DNA from: Centroscyllium fabricii
Lineage: Eukaryota
Assembly: GCA_051313645.2 (NCBI GenBank)
Contig: JBNRSN020000118.1
Location: 930,001 to 994,000, forward strand
Direction: 5' to 3'
DNA length: 64,000 bases
Shown here: positions 60,601 to 64,000 of the stretch, one piece after another
How positions within the stretch are numbered: the first letter of the stretch is position 1
Layout: each line of letters begins with the position of its first letter
The notes under the pieces: generated by a model
Database searches by the model: none
Seen by the model: only the letters and a program-made list of their open reading frames with translations
What the model was told of the DNA's origin: nothing
Made by a program: the position numbers and the translations under genes

Positions 60601-63600
60601 GTGCACACTGTACGGATGTTCATCTTGTTGTGGTGCACACTGTACAGATGTTCATCTTGTTGAGGTGCACACTACACAGATGTTCATCATGTTGTGGTGC
60701 ACACTGTACAGATGTACATCTTGTTGTGGTGCACACTGTACAGATGTTCATCATGTTGTGGTGCACACTGTACAGATGTTCATCATGTTGTGGTGCACAC
60801 TGTACAGATGTTCATCATGTTGTGGTGCACACTGTACAGATGTTCACCTTCTTGTGGAGTACACAGTACAGATGTTCATCATGTTGTAGTGCACACTGTG
60901 CAGATGTTCATCTTGTTGTGGTGCACACTGTACAGATGTTCATCTTGTTGAGGTGCACACTGTACAGATGTTCATCATGTTGTGGTGCACACTGTACAGA
61001 TGTTCATCATGTTGCGGTGCACACTGTACAGATGTTCATCATGTTGTGGTGCACACTGTACAGATGTTCCTCATGGTGTGGTGCACACTGTACAGATGTT
61101 CATCATGTTGTGGTGCACACTGTACAGATGTTCATCTTGTTGTGGTGCACGCTGTACAGATGTTCATCATGTTGTGGAGCACACTGTACAGATGTTCATC
61201 ATGTTGTGGTGCACAATGTACAGATGTTCATCATGTTGTGGTGCACACTGTACAGATGTTAATCTTGTTGTGGTGCACACTGTACAGATGTTCATCGTGT
61301 TGTGTTGCACACTGTACAGATGTTCATATTGTTGTGTTGCACACGGTACAGATGTTCATCATGTTGTGGTGCACATTGTACAGATGTTCATCTTGTTGTG
61401 GTGCACATTGTACAGATGTTCACCATGTTGTGGTGCACACTGTACAGATGTTCATCTTGTTGTTGTGCACACTGTACAGATGTTCATCATGTTGTAGTGC
61501 ACACTGTGCAGATGTTCATCTTGTTGTGGTGCACACTGTACAGATGTTCATCTTGTTGTGGAGCACATTGTACAGATGTTCATCAGGTTGTGGTGCATAA
61601 TGTACAGATGTAAATATTGTTGTGGTGCACAATGTACAGATGTTCATCATGTTGTGGTGCACACTTTACAGATGTTCATCATGCTGTTGTACACACTGTA
61701 CAGATGCTCATCTTGTTGTGGTGCAAACTGTACAGATGTTCATCATGTTGTGGTACACACTGTACAGATGTTCATCATGTTGTGGTGCACACTGTACAGA
61801 TGTTCATCATGTTGTGGTGCACACTGTACAGATGTTCACATTTTTGGTGCACACTGTACAGATGCTCATCTTGTTGTGGTGCAAAATGTACAGATGTTCA
61901 TCATGTTGTGGTACACACTGTACAGATGTTCATCATGTTGTGGTGCACACTTTACAGATGTTAATCTTGTTGTGGTACACAATGTACAGATGTTCATCAT
62001 GTTGTATTGCACACTGTACGGATGTTCATCTTGTTGTGGTGCACACTGTACAGATGTTCATCTTGTTGAGGTGCACACTACACAGATGTTCATCATGTTG
62101 TGGTGCACACTGTACAGATGTACATCTTGTTGTGGTGCACACTGTACAGATGTTCATCATGTTGTGGTGCACACTGTACAGATGTTCATCGTGTTGTGGT
62201 GCACACTGTACAGATGTTCATCATGTTGTGGTGCACACTGTACAGATGTTCACCTTTTTGTGGTGTACACAGTACAGATGTTCATCATGTTGTGGTGCAC
62301 ACTGTACAGATGTTCCTCATGTTGTGGTGCACACTGTACAGATGTTCATCATGTTGTGGTGCACACTGTACAGATGTTCATCTTGTTGTGGTGCACAATG
62401 TACAGATGTTCATCATGTTGTGGAGCACACTGTACAGATGTTCATCATGTTGTGGTGCACAATGTACAGATGTACATCATGCTGTGGTGCACACTGTACA
62501 GATGTTCATCGTGTTGTGTTGCACACTGTACAGATGTTCATCTTGATGTGGTGCACACGGTAGAGATTTTCATCATGTTGTGGTGCACACTTTACAGATG
62601 TTAATCTTGTTGTGGTGCACAATGTACAGATGTTCATCATGTTGTAGTGCACACTGTACGGATGTTCATCTTGTTGTGGTGCACACTGTACAGATGTTCA
62701 TCTTGTTGAGGTGCACACTACACAGATGTTCATCATGTTGTGGTGCACACTGTACAGATGTACATCTTGTTGTGGTGCACACTGTACAGATGTTCATCAT
62801 GTTGTGGTGCACACTGTACAGATGTTCATCATGTTGTGGTGCACACTGTACAGATGTTCATCATGTTGTGGTGCACACTGTACAGATGTTCACCTTCTTG
62901 TGGAGTACACAGTACAGATGTTCATCATGTTGTAGTGCACTCTGTGCAGATGTTCATCTTGTTGTGGTGCACACTGTACAGATGTTCATCTTGTTGAGGT
63001 GCACACTGTACAGATGTTCATCATGTTGTGGTGCACACTGTACAGATGTTCATCATGTTGCGGTGCACACTGTACAGATGTTCATCATGTTGTGGTGCAC
63101 ACTGTACAGATGTTCCTCATGGTGTGGTGCTCACTGTACAGATGTTCATCATGTTGTGGTGCACACTGTACAGATGTTCATCTTGTTGTGGTGCACGCTG
63201 TACAGATGTTCATCATGTTGTGGAGCACACTGTACAGATGTTCATCATGTTGTGGTGCACAATGTACAGATGTTCATCATGTTGTGGTGCACACTGTACA
63301 GATGTTAATCTTGTTGTGGTGCACACTGTACAGATGTTCATCGTGTTGTGTTGCACACTGTACAGATGTTCATATTGTTGTGTTGCACACGGTACAGATG
63401 TTCATCATGTTGTGGTGCACATTGTACAGATGTTCATCTTGTTGTGGTGCACATTGTACAGATGTTCACCATGTTGTGGTGCACACTGTACAGATGTTCA
63501 TCTTGTTGTTGTGCACAATGTACAGATGTTCATCATGTTGTAGTGCACACTGTGCAGATGTTCATCTTGTTGTGGTGCACACTGTACAGATGTTCATCTT

Positions 63601-64000
63601 GTTGTGGAGCACATTGTACAGATGTTCATCAGGTTGTGGTGCATAATGTACAGATGTAAATATTGTTGTGGTGCACAATGTACAGATGTTCATCATGTTG
63701 TGGTGCACACTTTACAGATGTTCATCATGCTGTTGTACACACTGTACAGATGCTCATCTTGTTGTGGTGCAAACTGTACAGATGTTCATCATGTTGTGGT
63801 ACACACTGTACATATGTTCATCATGTTGTGGTGCACACTGTACAGATGTTCATCATGTTGTGGTGCACACTGTACAGATGTTCACATTTTTGATGCACAC
63901 TGTACAGATGCTCATCTTGTTGTGGTGCAAAATGTACAGATGTTCTTCATGTTGTGGTACACACTGTACAGATGTTCATCTTGTTGAGGTGCACACTGTA
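39686..64000. repeat. Tandem array 2, 32-bp unit ATGTTCATCATGTTGTGGTGCACACTGTACAG, about 760 copies, truncated by the window end
   Basis: Read directly. Main variant CATCTTG vs CATCATG, occasional 29-33 bp units, and kb-scale higher-order duplications. Confidence 0.99.

Noticed and set aside
39654-63987. Cys/His-rich metallothionein- or keratin-associated-like proteins (CSSCCGAHCTDVHH)
   Set aside because: This is a translation artefact of array 2; all three plus frames give the same peptide, with random stops and frameshifts.
39686-64000. V(D)J recombination signal arrays (CACAGTG-like heptamers in both satellites)
   Set aside because: No ACAAAAACC-like nonamer at 12 or 23 bp spacing and no Ig or TCR segments.

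Overview
Eukaryotic, repeat-dominated DNA. The HE1-type V-SINEs with CR1 tails, Deu-domain SINEs and CR1/L2 LINEs point to a cartilaginous fish, probably a shark; this is inferred from family recognition, not a database search. Two different 32-bp tandem arrays run off the window ends: 1-8773 (GGAACTCGCCACAGAGGACCAGGGAATCTGCT) and about 39686-64000 (ATGTTCATCATGTTGTGGTGCACACTGTACAG). They generate most of the ORF track as artefacts. The roughly 31 kb between them holds four things. (i) A possible decayed minus-strand gene with a Pro-rich repeat, split by a CR1. (ii) An older patchwork of L2, CR1, SINE and MITE pieces, plus two Penelope-type inverted repeats carrying hammerhead ribozyme motifs. 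(iii) A 20-kb retrotransposon nest (17916-37860) resolved by target-site duplications: CsRn1/Kabuki-type Gypsy A contains a Tf1/sushi chromovirus B in its pol and a second CsRn1-type element C in its 3' LTR; C's 3' LTR contains an RTEX-like LINE, which contains a third CsRn1-type element D. (iv) About 1.8 kb of mostly unassigned sequence with one more V-SINE. No intact host gene, rRNA, tRNA gene or CRISPR array is supported, and I cannot demonstrate a wholly new system. The best leads are listed as findings.
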